Position numbers and translations under genes: made by a program. Under the pieces are notes generated by a model. The model searched no databases and had not been told where the DNA came from. It worked only from the letters and a program-made list of their open reading frames with translations. From Hemiscyllium ocellatum (taxonomy: Eukaryota), in contig NC_083410.1 of assembly GCF_020745735.1 (NCBI RefSeq), positions 59,866,117-59,930,116 on the forward strand: a stretch of DNA of 64,000 nt, given 5' to 3'. This document shows, piece by piece, positions 42,421 to 53,586 of the stretch. The number at the start of each line of letters is the position of its first letter. The stretch's first letter is position 1.

Positions 42421-42744
42421 TTCCCTGTCTCCTCCTTGTTGACTACTCACTCCCAGTCTCTCTCTCTCATATTGTCTCTCTCATTGATCACTCTGCTGTC
42501 AATATTACTGTCTCTGATTACTCTACTCATTTCCTAGACTCTATTACTGTTCCATGTACATCCTCAGGCTCTCTGACCTCTCTCCTCTCTGCTTTCTCAC
42601 TGCTCTATTATTGGTTTCATTTCCTTTCCAGTTGCTTTGCCTGCAATAGTTTTTGAACTAATAGTCAACAATCAATGTCAACACAAATATTTTGACAAGT
42701 ATCTTCGATGTATCACCATTTTGCAAAGAATCCAGTTACTGCTC

Positions 42745-45440
42745 ATCATTGGTGGAGTTTGTGACTGTCAGATGCAGGCCATTTTATTTGCCATGGGAAT
42801 TCACTGCTTATAATCGGGGTGTATATTCCTCCCAGAGCTAATGCTAAGAAGGCACTCTGTGAACTGTATGGGGCTATTAGTGGCCTGCAGAACACACACC
42901 CTGATGGTCTGTGTATTGTTGATGGAGATTGCAACCATGTGAATCTCCAGACTGTGCATCAGCAGGTGGACTTGGTGAAGAGAGGAGAGAACGCGCTGAA
43001 TCTGATTTATACAAACATTCCCCAACGCATACAGGGCAGAGCCCCAGCCCCACCTCAGCACCTCAGACCACATCTCTGTTACGCTAATCCCAGCATACAG
43101 ACCACTCGTCAGATATGTCAAACTGGTTCGGAAGCAGGAGAAAACCTGGCCAGCAGGAGCGATTTTGCTTTTCAAGACCATTTTGAGCGCACTGATTGGC
43201 ATGTGCTCAGGGAGATGGCAACTGATGGCGATGTCATCAGCTGCGAGGAGTATACGGTGTCGATGATTTGCTACATTAGCAAGTGTACTGACAACGTTAC
43301 TGTGTCCAGGACCATCACGTCTCACCCCAACCCGAAGCTGTGGATGACTGTAAAGATGCGCTGCAGAGGTCCCATGATTCCGACCTCAGGGCAGACGACG
43401 ATGCGGCCCGAACAACAGCGAGGGCCGACCTGACCCGGGCCATCAAAGAGGCAAAGTGTGCACGCACACAGAGAGACTGCGCAGCCTCTTTCAGGACAGC
43501 GGCGATAGGCCGAGCATGTGGAAAGGTATCCAGGCCATCACCAACCACAGAACAGCAACACCTGCTTGTGCTGGTGATGCCTCCCTTCTGGATGAGTTGA
43601 ACAGCTTTTATGCACAGTTTGAGGCACGAACCGACATGGCACAGAGGAGGTCTACACCCCCCCAGTGACCAAGTGCTGTGTCTTACCACGGCCGACATGA
43701 GGAAAACCCTATGCACAGTCAACCCATGTAAAGCTGCTGAACCAGGTAGCATCCCTTGTAGAGTGCTCACAGGATGCTCTGACGTACTGGTGGATGTTCT
43801 CACGGACATGTTCAACATCTCCCTGAGCTGCTCCATAGTTCCAATGTGTTTCAAGGCCACTACCATCGTCCCCATGCCGAAGAAGTCTTCAGCGTCCTGT
43901 CTCAACAACTACCACCCATTGTGCTAACACCCATCATCATGAAGGTTTCGAGAAGCTTGTGATGAGGCGTATTAAGAGCCTGCTGCTCCCCTCAATGGAC
44001 ACCCTGCAGTTCACGTATTGACACAACCGCTCAACAGATGATGTCATTTGCACCACCCTCCATCTGGCCCCCACCCACCTCCAGAAGAAGGACACCTACG
44101 TCAGGCTACTGTTCATAGACATCAGCTCTGCATTTAATTTTTTTCTTTTTCTTTTTCTTCTCGGCACCCATGGTGTGTGTGTGCAGGTGTGAGACACAGT
44201 GAGAGACACAAAGTGCACGAATCTTTATTCAATTTCCCCCACCGGGAAGATAGGCAAACACCCGAGTGGCCAGTGACAAGCAGTGCCCTTCACATCAAAG
44301 GGCAATGCTGTGTTGTCAAACAGTGAAGGGGAGGGCAGGGACTAAATCAAAATAGAGTTGGGGGGGAAATGATGCACTCCACTCCCTGTGGCGCCCACCT
44401 CTCCCTGAACAACTCCAGCGTGTTGGTGGACACCGCGTGCTCCTTCTCCAAGGACACCTGGGCGCTAACGTAACCTCGGAAGAGGGGCAAGTTCTGCATT
44501 TTTTTTTCTTACTTATTCTTTTTTTTCTTTTTTAACCCCCATACTACCGCCTAACTGTGGTAGTGGTTGAATCACATCATCAAGCTCACTGATGATACCA
44601 CTGTAGTGAGTCTCATCAGCAGGAACAACAAGTCAGCATACAGAGAGAAGGTGCCGTGTCTAATGTACTGGTGCAGAGCCAACAACCTGTCTCTGAACGT
44701 GGACAAAACAAAAGAGATGGTTGTTAACTTCAGGAGGGCAGGGAGTGATCACTCTCTGCTGGACATCGACGGCTCCCCCACAGAGATCATGAAGAGCAAC
44801 AAGTTTCTTGGCGTCCACCTGGTGGAGAATCTCACCTGGTCTGTCAACACTAGCTCCATAGCCAAGAAAGCCCAGCAGCGTCTTTACTTTCTGCACAGGC
44901 TGACGAAAGCCCACCTCCCACCCTCCCATCCTCACCACATTCTACAGACGGTTCATTGAGAGTACCCTGAGCTGCTGCATCACTACCTGATTCAGGAATT
45001 GTTCCATCTCGGATCATAAGTCCCTACAATGGATAGTGAGGACAGCTGAGAAGATCATCAGGGCCTCTTCTCTGTATTACAGACATTTACACCACATGCT
45101 GCATCCAAAGGTGAAGAGCATTGTGGAAGACTCCACACACCCCTCACTTCAACACTTCTCCTTCCTGCCATCTGGCAGAAGATACCAGAGCATTTGGTGA
45201 CTCACGGCCAGATTGTGCAAGTTTCTTCCCCCCTATTATCAGGCTCCTTGACACTGTATAATCTTTTCCATGTGAAAGTCTTTGCACAACTTCAAATTGC
45301 TGCTAAAACAATGTTTTTTATTTGTTAATCTTCTATTACACTGTAACTTGCATGTTTTGCACTTCTTATGCTGCCTGTGAGTGATCGTGTAGTTTGTGCT
45401 GTCCATGTAGCACCTTGGTCTGGAGGAACACGGTCTCATT
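42745..45440 (+). mobile_element. Rex1/Babar-clade LINE, 5'-truncated and disabled
   Basis: YIPPRANAKKALCELY...HPDGLCIVDGDCNH (APE end); [13 protein letters not shown]...[12 protein letters not shown]...[13 protein letters not shown]...CLNNY; IIKLTDDTTVVSLIS...NNLSLNVDKTKEMVVNFRR...KKAQQRLYFL; tail GCACCTTGGTCTGGAGGAACACGGTCTCATT. Confidence 0.88.
44137..44566 (-). mobile_element. Tx1/L1-like 3' end(s) inserted in the Rex1 RT
   Basis: T-rich tails at 44137-44160 and 44499-44533, reverse AATAAA near 44224-44229; minus frame reads RGYVSAQVSLEKEHAVSTNTLELFRERWAPQGVECII. Confidence 0.6.
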
Positions 45441-46204
45441 TTGTATCGAAGGGAACCCTTAGTTAGAAGGAGGTGGCCACCTGGATGCCTGGTGGGAATT
45501 ATTGTCCTTCAAATTCCTTTTTAATTTATTCTTTCCTTTATCTCTCCCTTCTCTTTTGTTATTGTTGTGCTGACCTTTGTGGGCAGTGCTTGTAAATAAC
45601 CATTTTAATAACTGATTTGGTGGTCATTTATAAAAATATAATGAGAAAGAGCCCCTTTGTACGTTGACATTTACCAGTCAGTGTTTTATTGTGACAATAC
45701 AAAATACTAACCTAGTAAACATTCTACTTTTACTTGGAATTATTTCAAATAGCACTAAATTCCTATTTCCTCATGAGCACTTTGGAGGTAAAATAGTCAT
45801 TTATTGTCTCTTGTATTTTTTACAAAAAAAAATCAGTGAAAAGTCTCTATACCACAGCATAAATAAGAAAACCATTCCTAAAAACTTAAGATAAAGCCAC
45901 TCCTGACTCCTGGGTTTGGGAAAAGACAGTACCGCAGCAAGACTGACGTGTCAAGCCTTTGAAATATTGGGCTGGAAGACTCTGCAGAAGCTGCCCCAAG
46001 AACCAGTTTTCTCGCAGATTCTGGGAAAGAAGACATTGCAAAAGCGACCTGAAGGATTCCAGCACCACTGGATGCTGGGGCAAAACTACCTCAGCGCTGA
46101 ATTTGCCGTCAACCTTTGCCAATGCAGTAGCTGGTACTAGGTCCTTGTGCTCACCCTCCTGCCAGTTTCCTCCTTGATGATGATTGCAGGGTCCCAATCC
46201 GGAT

Positions 46205-47445
46205 TCATCAACCACCTTACCGCCATCCTCCTAGTACCACCCTGGACTAACCAACCACCTCACCGCCATCCCCCTTGTACCAACCTGGACTAACCAACCA
46301 CCTCACCGCCATCCCCCTTGTACCACCCTGGACTCAACAACCACCTCACCGCCATTCTCCTCGTACCATCCCGTACTCACCAACCACCTCACTGCCATCC
46401 TCCTCGTACCACCCCAGACTCACCAACCACCTCACCGCCATCCTTCTCGTACCGCTCTGGACTCACTAACCACCTCACCACCATTCTCCTCAGACCACCC
46501 CGGATACATCAACCACTTCACCTCCATCCCACTCGTACCACCCCGGACTCACCAACCACCTCATCGCCATTCTCCTCGTACCACCCTGTACTCACCAACC
46601 ACCTCACTGCCATCCTCCTAGTACCACTCTGGACTCACCAACCACCTCACTGCCATCCCCCAGGTCCTGCTCTGGGCTCACCAACCACCTCACTGCCATC
46701 CCTTTCGCTCCGGACTCACCAACCACCTCACCGCCATCCCCCTCACTCTGGACGTACCAACCACCTCACCGCCATCCTCCTCATTCCCGGACTCACCAAC
46801 CACCTCACCGCCATCCTCCTCATTCCCGGACTCACCAACCACCTCATCGCCATCCCCGTCACCCTGGACTCACCAACCACCTCGTCGCTATCCCCCTCGT
46901 ACCACTCCGGACTCACCAATCATATCACTGCCATCCCCCTCACCCTGGACTCACCAACCACCTCACCGCCATCCCCCTCACCCCAGACTCGCCAATCACT
47001 TCACCGCCATCCCTCTCTCCCCGGACTCACCAATCACCTCACCGCCATCCCCCTCACTCTGGACGTACCAACCACCTCACCGTCATCCTCCTCATCCCCG
47101 GACTCTCCAACCATCTCATCACCATCCCCCTCACCCTGGACTCACCAACCACCTTGCCGCTATCTCCTTCGTACCACTCCGGACTCACCAATCATATCAC
47201 TGCCATCCCCCTCACCCCGGACTCACCAACCACTTCACCGCCATCCCCCTCACCCCGGACTCACCAACCACCTCACCGCCATCCCCCTCGTACCACTCCA
47301 GACTCACCAATCATATCACCGTCATCCCCCTCATCCTGGACTCACCAACCACCTCACCACCATCCCCCTTGCCTAGGACTACTAACCACCTCACCACCAT
47401 CCCCCTTGCCTAGGACTAACCAACCACCTCACCGCCATCCCCTAG
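46205..47445. repeat. C-rich compound minisatellite (about 36- and 42-bp units)
   Basis: Core GGACTCACCAACCACCTCACCGCCATCCCCCTC with or without a GTACCA spacer; explains the 352-aa low-complexity ORF. Confidence 0.95.
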
Positions 47446-47759
47446 GTCCTGCTGTGGGCTCACCAGCTGCTGCCACACTTCAGGCCCTGACGAAGCCGCC
47501 TTCGTACAGCTTCCGCCAAAGATAAACTATAATATGGAGAAAAAATTTTAAAAATTTAAAAAAGAGAAAAAATTTGAAAAGAAAGAAAAGAAAAGTCGAT
47601 GGAGTGGATGAGCCCTGGCCACAGGAACCTGGAAAGTGCCTATTCCACCACCACCATCTTAGATAACAATGTCAGAACAGCAAATCTTTGTTAAGGTTTT
47701 AAATCCCTGTGCCAAATAAGCTTTGCTTTTTACGCTTGATATGAAATAGTTATAAAAGG

Positions 47760-47962
47760 TAAAGTCATCATTTTCTTACACGACCATCAAGCTGCCCTGT
47801 CAATTGAGAGAAACCTGGTGGTGGTTTAACCTGAGGGTCACCACAACTCACTCAAGAGAAAAACATTGAGGAGAAGAGTCCTTCATTGTAACTTCAGCTG
47901 GTGCAGGAATTGAACCTACATTTTCCGCATTACGAAGCAGCCCTTCAGCCAACTGAGTGAAC
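47760..47962 (-). mobile_element. tRNA-derived SINE
   Basis: Reverse A/B boxes (AGCCAACTGAG; GGAATTGAACC) and body CTGGTGGTGGTTTAACCTGAGGGTCACCAC. Confidence 0.6.
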
Positions 47963-48003
47963 TGTCTCCAATTAAGTTGCAGTAAAACATGTTTCTGTGA
48001 CAA

Positions 48004-48279
48004 TTAGATTCCCTACAGTGTGAAAACAGGCCCATTAAGTCCACACTGACCCTCTGAAGAATAACCCACCCAGACCCATCTCCCTCTGACTAATGCACCT
48101 AACACTATGGGCAATTTAGCATGGCCAATCCACCTAACCTACACATCTTTAAACTGTGGGAGGAAACCCACACAGACATGGGGAGAATGTGCAAACTCTA
48201 CACAGTCACCTGAGGCTGGAATTGAACCCCCTTGCACTGTGAGGCAGCAGTGCTAACCACTGAGCCACCATGCTGCCCC
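48004..48279 (-). mobile_element. HE1-type SINE
   Basis: TTAGATTCCCTACAGTGTG...GCAGTGCTAACCACTGAGCCACCATGCTGCCC. Confidence 0.9.
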
Positions 48280-49479
48280 GGTACAAGGAGTGTGTTGTAA
48301 ATATTATTTACACTGTAATAGTAAATTGAACTGAAGATTTGCAAATATCATAATTAGGTTGTTGGGCCATGCATATAAGAAATAAAGTTGAATCACAATT
48401 GTATTTAGGTCTTACATAAGCTGGGTTGTTTGACGTTGAGTACAGATTTCAACTTGCAGTGTACTGCATCTGAGAGGACTGCACTTTGACGGACTAAGTA
48501 TTTGTCATTATATTATGGTTAAATATGGAACAGTGATGTTAAAGCACATGGAATGCAAGGAGAGAAGGAAGGATTTGTAGATAGGAAATCTGGAAGTAAA
48601 GATACCCCATAGATGCTTTTAAATTTTAATGGCAGTGTTCCTTATGAATGGTCTCAACAGGCTTCACTCCCAACAGCCAGGGAGCTTCATAAGTTAGATG
48701 GCTATCAGGTTAGAAATCAGACAGGGAGCAGATGGCAGGTAATTCTAGATGGAACAGGCAGGATGGATGTTGGACACTGCTAGGGTGGGGATGCAGGCAT
48801 GGAATATTCAACACTGGAGAGAGGGATCAGGTGTTGTGGGGGAACTTGCCCCCTCAGTGCCTGTTATTCAGAAAATTGAAGAACAATTCCAAAAAACCCA
48901 TGTAATTTTCGATCATGAAGTGCCACCAATGACAATGGTATCTTCGACAGCTGATAGTAAGTTCATTGAATTCGGACATTGCATTGCATTTGCTTGGGGA
49001 GCAGCTGGTGCCTGAGCACTAGAATTTGAAACATGCCATGAAGGTTGTTTCAGAAATTGCAATTACATTTAGCACCACATATTGAATCTCAACTCATTCG
49101 AAAATTCTGATCCAAGAACCCTGGCACCAAACACTCCATTCAGACCTGAGAAATACATTTTCACTTGCAGGACTGCGTGTGTTAGGGATGGAAGGGATGT
49201 GAAGTTAAAATGGGAAAAATCGTCAGTGTGTTGGGAAACTAGTTTCCCATCACTCACCCACACCCTGTGAGTTTCTGTACTTGACTGCAACCTCCACAGA
49301 AGAATGTTTTACATGTTGTAATTGTATGGACCTCTACCATTTCCTCTGGCAGCTCCTTCCATATACTTATCACTGTCTGTATGCTAATTGCTCAATTCAA
49401 GAGACAGTAATATAACGTCTATAATTTAACAGTTGATGCAAGGGTTTCCCATACTTACCGCAACTAACCATGTGTGATT

Positions 49480-50195
49480 GAACAGAGGGACCAAGGTGTG
49501 TACGTTTATAGAGTAGTTCATTGAAAGTGGTGTCACATGTAGGTAAGATTGTGAAGAAGGCGTTTGGCAAGCTTGTCTTCATTGGTCAGTGCGTTAAGTA
49601 GAGGAGTTGAGACATCATTTTGCTGCTATTCAGGACATTGGTGAAGTCATTTTTAGAATACCGTGTAGCATTCTGTTCGCCATGCTACAGGAAGGATGTT
49701 GTTAAACCAGAAAGAGTACAGAAAAAACATTACAAGGGTGTTGCTGGGACTGAAGGATTTGAGTTATAAGGAGAAGCTGAATAGGCTGGGATTTTTTTCC
49801 CTGGAGCGTAGGAGGCTCAGGCGTGACCTTATAACGATTTATAAAATCCTGAGCGGCATGCATAGGGGTGAATAACCAAGGCCTTTTCCTCAAGGGAGGG
49901 GAGTCCAAAACTAGAGCACATAGGTTTAAAATGAGAGGGGAAAGATTTAAAAGAGACTTAAGGGGTAGCTTTCTCACACAGAGGGTGGTGTGTGTATGGA
50001 AGGAGCTGACAGAGGAAATGATAGAGGTGTATACAATTGCAACATTTAAAGGCATTTTGACAGGTATATGAATAGGTAAGGTTGTGAGGGGTATGAGCCA
50101 AACACAGGCAATGGGATTGTTTCACTTTCAAATGCCTGGTTGACATGGATGAGTTGGATCGAAGGATGTGTTTCTGTGCCCTATGACTCTGTGAG
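49480..50195 (+). mobile_element. CR1 LINE 3' fragment (small inverted CR1 piece at about 49290-49385)
   Basis: ESKTRAHRFKMRGERFKRDLRGSFLTQRVVCVWKEL; tail CTATGACTCTGTGA. Confidence 0.88.
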
Positions 50196-50299
50196 AACAA
50201 ACAGCTACATTCTTGTTTGTTTGTATGAAAGGCTTTGTTCATAATGCTTGCACTGAGAAGTTGTATGTCAGAACGCCACCTTAGAGTTCAGTGTTCGTG

Positions 50300-51010
50300 T
50301 GTGTTCCACTGGGTCTCAGATGACAACCAAGATGACCAGCACCAAAAACAGCAAAAACAGCAGCAGACAAACATTAGCAGGAGCAGCATCAGCAACAAAG
50401 TGAACAACAGTCTGCTCCTCTCACGACTCAGAGATGTTCAAATGTTTCTAGCAGAGCTCTAGAAGGAGCCTGATGCAATAAAATTCACAGCAGTTGTGAT
50501 GTTGCTATGCAAAGCAGGGTGATCTTCAGGACCTTCAGGAGTAGAGCCAGTGCAGGCAGGCAGCAGCAGACAAACATTAGCAGGAGCAGCAGCAGCAGCA
50601 ACAAAGTGAGCAACAGTCTGCTCCTCACAGAAATGTCACTCCATGTGAGACAGAGAGATGGAGAGAGAGGAATGGGCAGAGAGAGGTGCAGCTCAGAGGA
50701 CACCATACCCTCAACTGGCAACTTCTAATGGGCAAAGCTCCCTCACATTTTGGTCCAGCAGTTTCTCATGAGGCTCAGTGTGCCAGGCCAGGTGCTGCCT
50801 GCCTGCACTGGCTCTACTCCTGAAGGTCCTGAAGATCACCCTGCTTTGCATAGCAACATCACAACTGCTGTGAATTTTATTGCATCAGGCTCCTTCTAGA
50901 GCTCTGCTAGAAACATTTGAACATCTCTGAGTCATCAGTCAACGAATACTCAAGACTAGTGAGCGATAGCTTTTTTCACCAGAGCTGGTAGTTCTTTGAG
51001 AACTGTGATG
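50300..51010 (+). mobile_element. Decayed Harbinger/PIF (HARBI1-like) transposase 5' region, rearranged
   Basis: Plus frame NITTAVNFIASGSF*SSARNI (about 50855-50917) resembles the K(V/I)TxALxFFASGSFQ motif of Harbinger nucleases; it is preceded by a Gln-rich leader. Confidence 0.55.
50425..50933. repeat. Perfect 141-bp inverted repeat (arms 50425-50565 and 50793-50933, 227-bp spacer)
   Basis: Base-by-base comparison of the left arm's reverse complement with the right arm found no mismatch. Confidence 0.95.
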
Positions 51011-51632
51011 CCAGTCGACATGCAGCTCTGGCTGACTTGCCCTGTGTTGTTACAACCAGAGCCCAGGTTTCCTCATTCATTGCAGCTCCAGACAGGATAT
51101 CCCAACCTATTCAGCTCCAGCGTGAGGACCAATGAATTAACTTCCTTTCTGTATTCACTACTTGGTTTGTTGCAGCAAATTAATCTTAAAAGGAGCCTTT
51201 TTTTGGTGGATACCTTTCTCCCTCGACCCAAATGAACTTTTGTTTTAAAAGGAGCAAATTTAACCATGCTTTCTTGAATTAACAAAAATAAATTTATTAA
51301 TTACTAAGCATGAGAAGAATTACTTATGTTACATAAAGGTTATAGAGACAGTCCCTGAATGGTTTGTAAGGAGAGGGTAGTTGAACATTGTGGCCATTGT
51401 AGTGAAGGGTGCCAGTAGGGTTTGTGCTGGTAGGTGAACAGTTAGCATCACAGTCTTATTCTTGCAGATTGGCTGTGATTCTGTCATTCTGATGCCTTTC
51501 TACCATGTTTGAATTCCAGCATTTCCAAGTGAAAGAGAGAGAGAGATGTATTTGTTGCCTTATTTTGTTTCTAACTGGTTTTCAACACTCAGGGTTAGAG
51601 TTAGTCATTATCTGTGTCACAGGCTAACTGGG

Positions 51633-51804
51633 GAATAGTTCTTCAAGAGCTGAAAATGTGTTGCTGGAAAAGCTTATGCCCGAAACGTCAAATTTCCTGT
51701 TCCTTGGATGCTGCCTGACCTGCTGCGCTTTTCCAGCAATACATTTTCAGTTCTGAAACTCCAGCATCTGCAGACCTCACTTTCTCCTCGAATAGTTCTT
51801 CAAG
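51633..51804 (+). mobile_element. Penelope-like mini-element with short 5' inversion and 15-bp TSD
   Basis: AGAGCTGAAAATGTGTTGCTGGAAAAG inverts CTTTTCCAGCAATACATTTTCAGTTCT; GAATAGTTCTTCAAG duplicated at 51633-51647 and 51790-51804. Confidence 0.85.
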
Positions 51805-53432
51805 TGTGATTTTCAATCATACTGTTGCATAAACCCAGCAGGCACACATGAGAGTGTTCAGTCCCACTAGTCCACTCCAGTAGAATTGAAGTTGAGTTTT
51901 TAACCCTTCTCCTTATGTAGTCCTGGAGGATAGAACTGATATATCCACAAGAGGTAGCTTACTGCTGAGAAAGGAGAAATATCAGCCCCCTTGCTACCTC
52001 ATGTTAGGTCACTCCCTGTTTGAAGTTTCCCTGGCAATTAAAATGTGGGAAACAGATTTATATTCAAACAATGCAGCAGTGCCTTGCAATCTCAGTGGAG
52101 TATCAGATTTATCTGGATCTCTGATCCACCAGTTTCCAACATAAAGGCAAGGGTATCACCAACTAAGCCATGGCTGACACCATAAAGTATAAGTATAGCT
52201 GCAAGTTAAGTGATGTGAGGGATGATGAACTGAATTAGCTTTGAAAAGGCATTGATAGAGTTGGGGTCAATGCCACAAATATATGAGAGCATAGGAGTAA
52301 GGGGCCTGAGAGTGAGGAGGTGTGGACCAGGAGCTGGAGGTTAAGCTCTGGGAGCTGGGAATTGGCTGAGAGCTGTAGTTTTGGTGCAAGGCTCCAAAAT
52401 TCGAGGTCCGGAAGCAGGTGAGTGAAGCCAAGGAGGAGGGCTAGAAATGTGATTTAAGGAGTGAATGCCCAAACATTTTGCCAAGACTGGGTGTCAGCTA
52501 AGGCTGGAAGAATTTATTTGCCAATCCTGGGACAGGAAGTTGACAGGTACTTTTTCTGGGATGTGGCCAGCTGTCCACTTGGTCTGGGGTAATTGTGGGA
52601 TAAAGGAAGCTGCAAGAGGCCTGAGGGGAGACAGCGAGGCCACAAGCAGCCAACACAGGGAAAAGGAGTCTGCAGTAGGATTGTGAGGTAATGACAAGGG
52701 CTGGGTGTAGACTGAGGGGAGGCAAATGAACTTGGGTGAGACAGGGAGGCTGCAAGTGGCTGGGAGGAGGTGAGGAGGATGCAGAGAAGAGAGACCATTT
52801 TCAAACCTGTCAATAAAGTTGCAGGTAGCTAACTGGGAGTGAAGAAAACTTCAAACCACTGAGGTAAGGAATTATTTACAAGTGAATGTGGTATCTTTAA
52901 CTTAAGGTTGCATATATTCAGGGGGAGAAATATAATGAATGCTGTAGTAATACACACAGTGTGAATTATTCAATTTAAATCTGAAATTAAGATCTGAGAT
53001 GTAGTAAAAAGGGTCCAAACTGGTTAAAATATTTTAACATCATGAATATGCATTGGAACTACATTTGTTATGGCCTGACCTGTCTGTGGAAAATATATTT
53101 AGGGAGATGAACTATTGCATGCAGAAGTATGTGAGAGTTATTTTGACAACAAAAAAATCGCTAACTCACCTACGTTGTTTTGTGCTTATTTAAGTACTGT
53201 GGTATCTAGGAAATTAATAATCTGTGTGTGTGTGGTTTTAAATTTAATTAATTTAATCATTTTTGAGGATATTGATGAATTTACATAACTCTGCTTCAAT
53301 ATTATTCTGAGTACTTTTTCCTGTCAACACAAATACTAAGTGACTGTGCTATGTAGTAGAGGACTGAGTAGGAATGAGAATGTAGCACCTGAAAATCAAA
53401 AGTAGCCCTCATGAGACATTTTGAAAAATATA

Positions 53433-53586
53433 TGGTAAATGTTTTAGTGTATTTACATGGTTAAGGTAAATGTTTTAGTGTATTTGTCTGGTGAAGGTGA
53501 ATGTTTTAGTGTATTTGCCTGGTTAAGGTGAATGCTATAGTGTATTTGCCTGGTTAGGGTGAATGTTATAGTGTATTTGCCTGGTT
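53433..53586. repeat. 31-bp minisatellite, about 5 copies
   Basis: Unit GGTTAAGGTGAATGTTTTAGTGTATTTGCCT. Confidence 0.9.

Noticed and set aside
41346-42537. Mucin- or antifreeze-like repeat ORFs (TAPLPVSPSL, GSGAVNEGET)
   Set aside because: Translations of a 30-bp minisatellite; frames shift at every 29-bp unit.
46318-47376. 352-aa Pro/His/Thr-rich ORF
   Set aside because: Produced by a 36/42-bp minisatellite with unit lengths divisible by three and no stops; non-ATG start and no gene context.
50316-50721. Hydrophobic minus-strand peptides (LLLTLLLLLLLLLMFVCCC; CLLLFLLFLVLVILVVI*) resembling a signal peptide, tail anchor or hepadnaviral surface protein
   Set aside because: They are the antisense reading of a CAG/CAA-rich tract in the Harbinger-like relic; no viral polymerase or other supporting motifs nearby.
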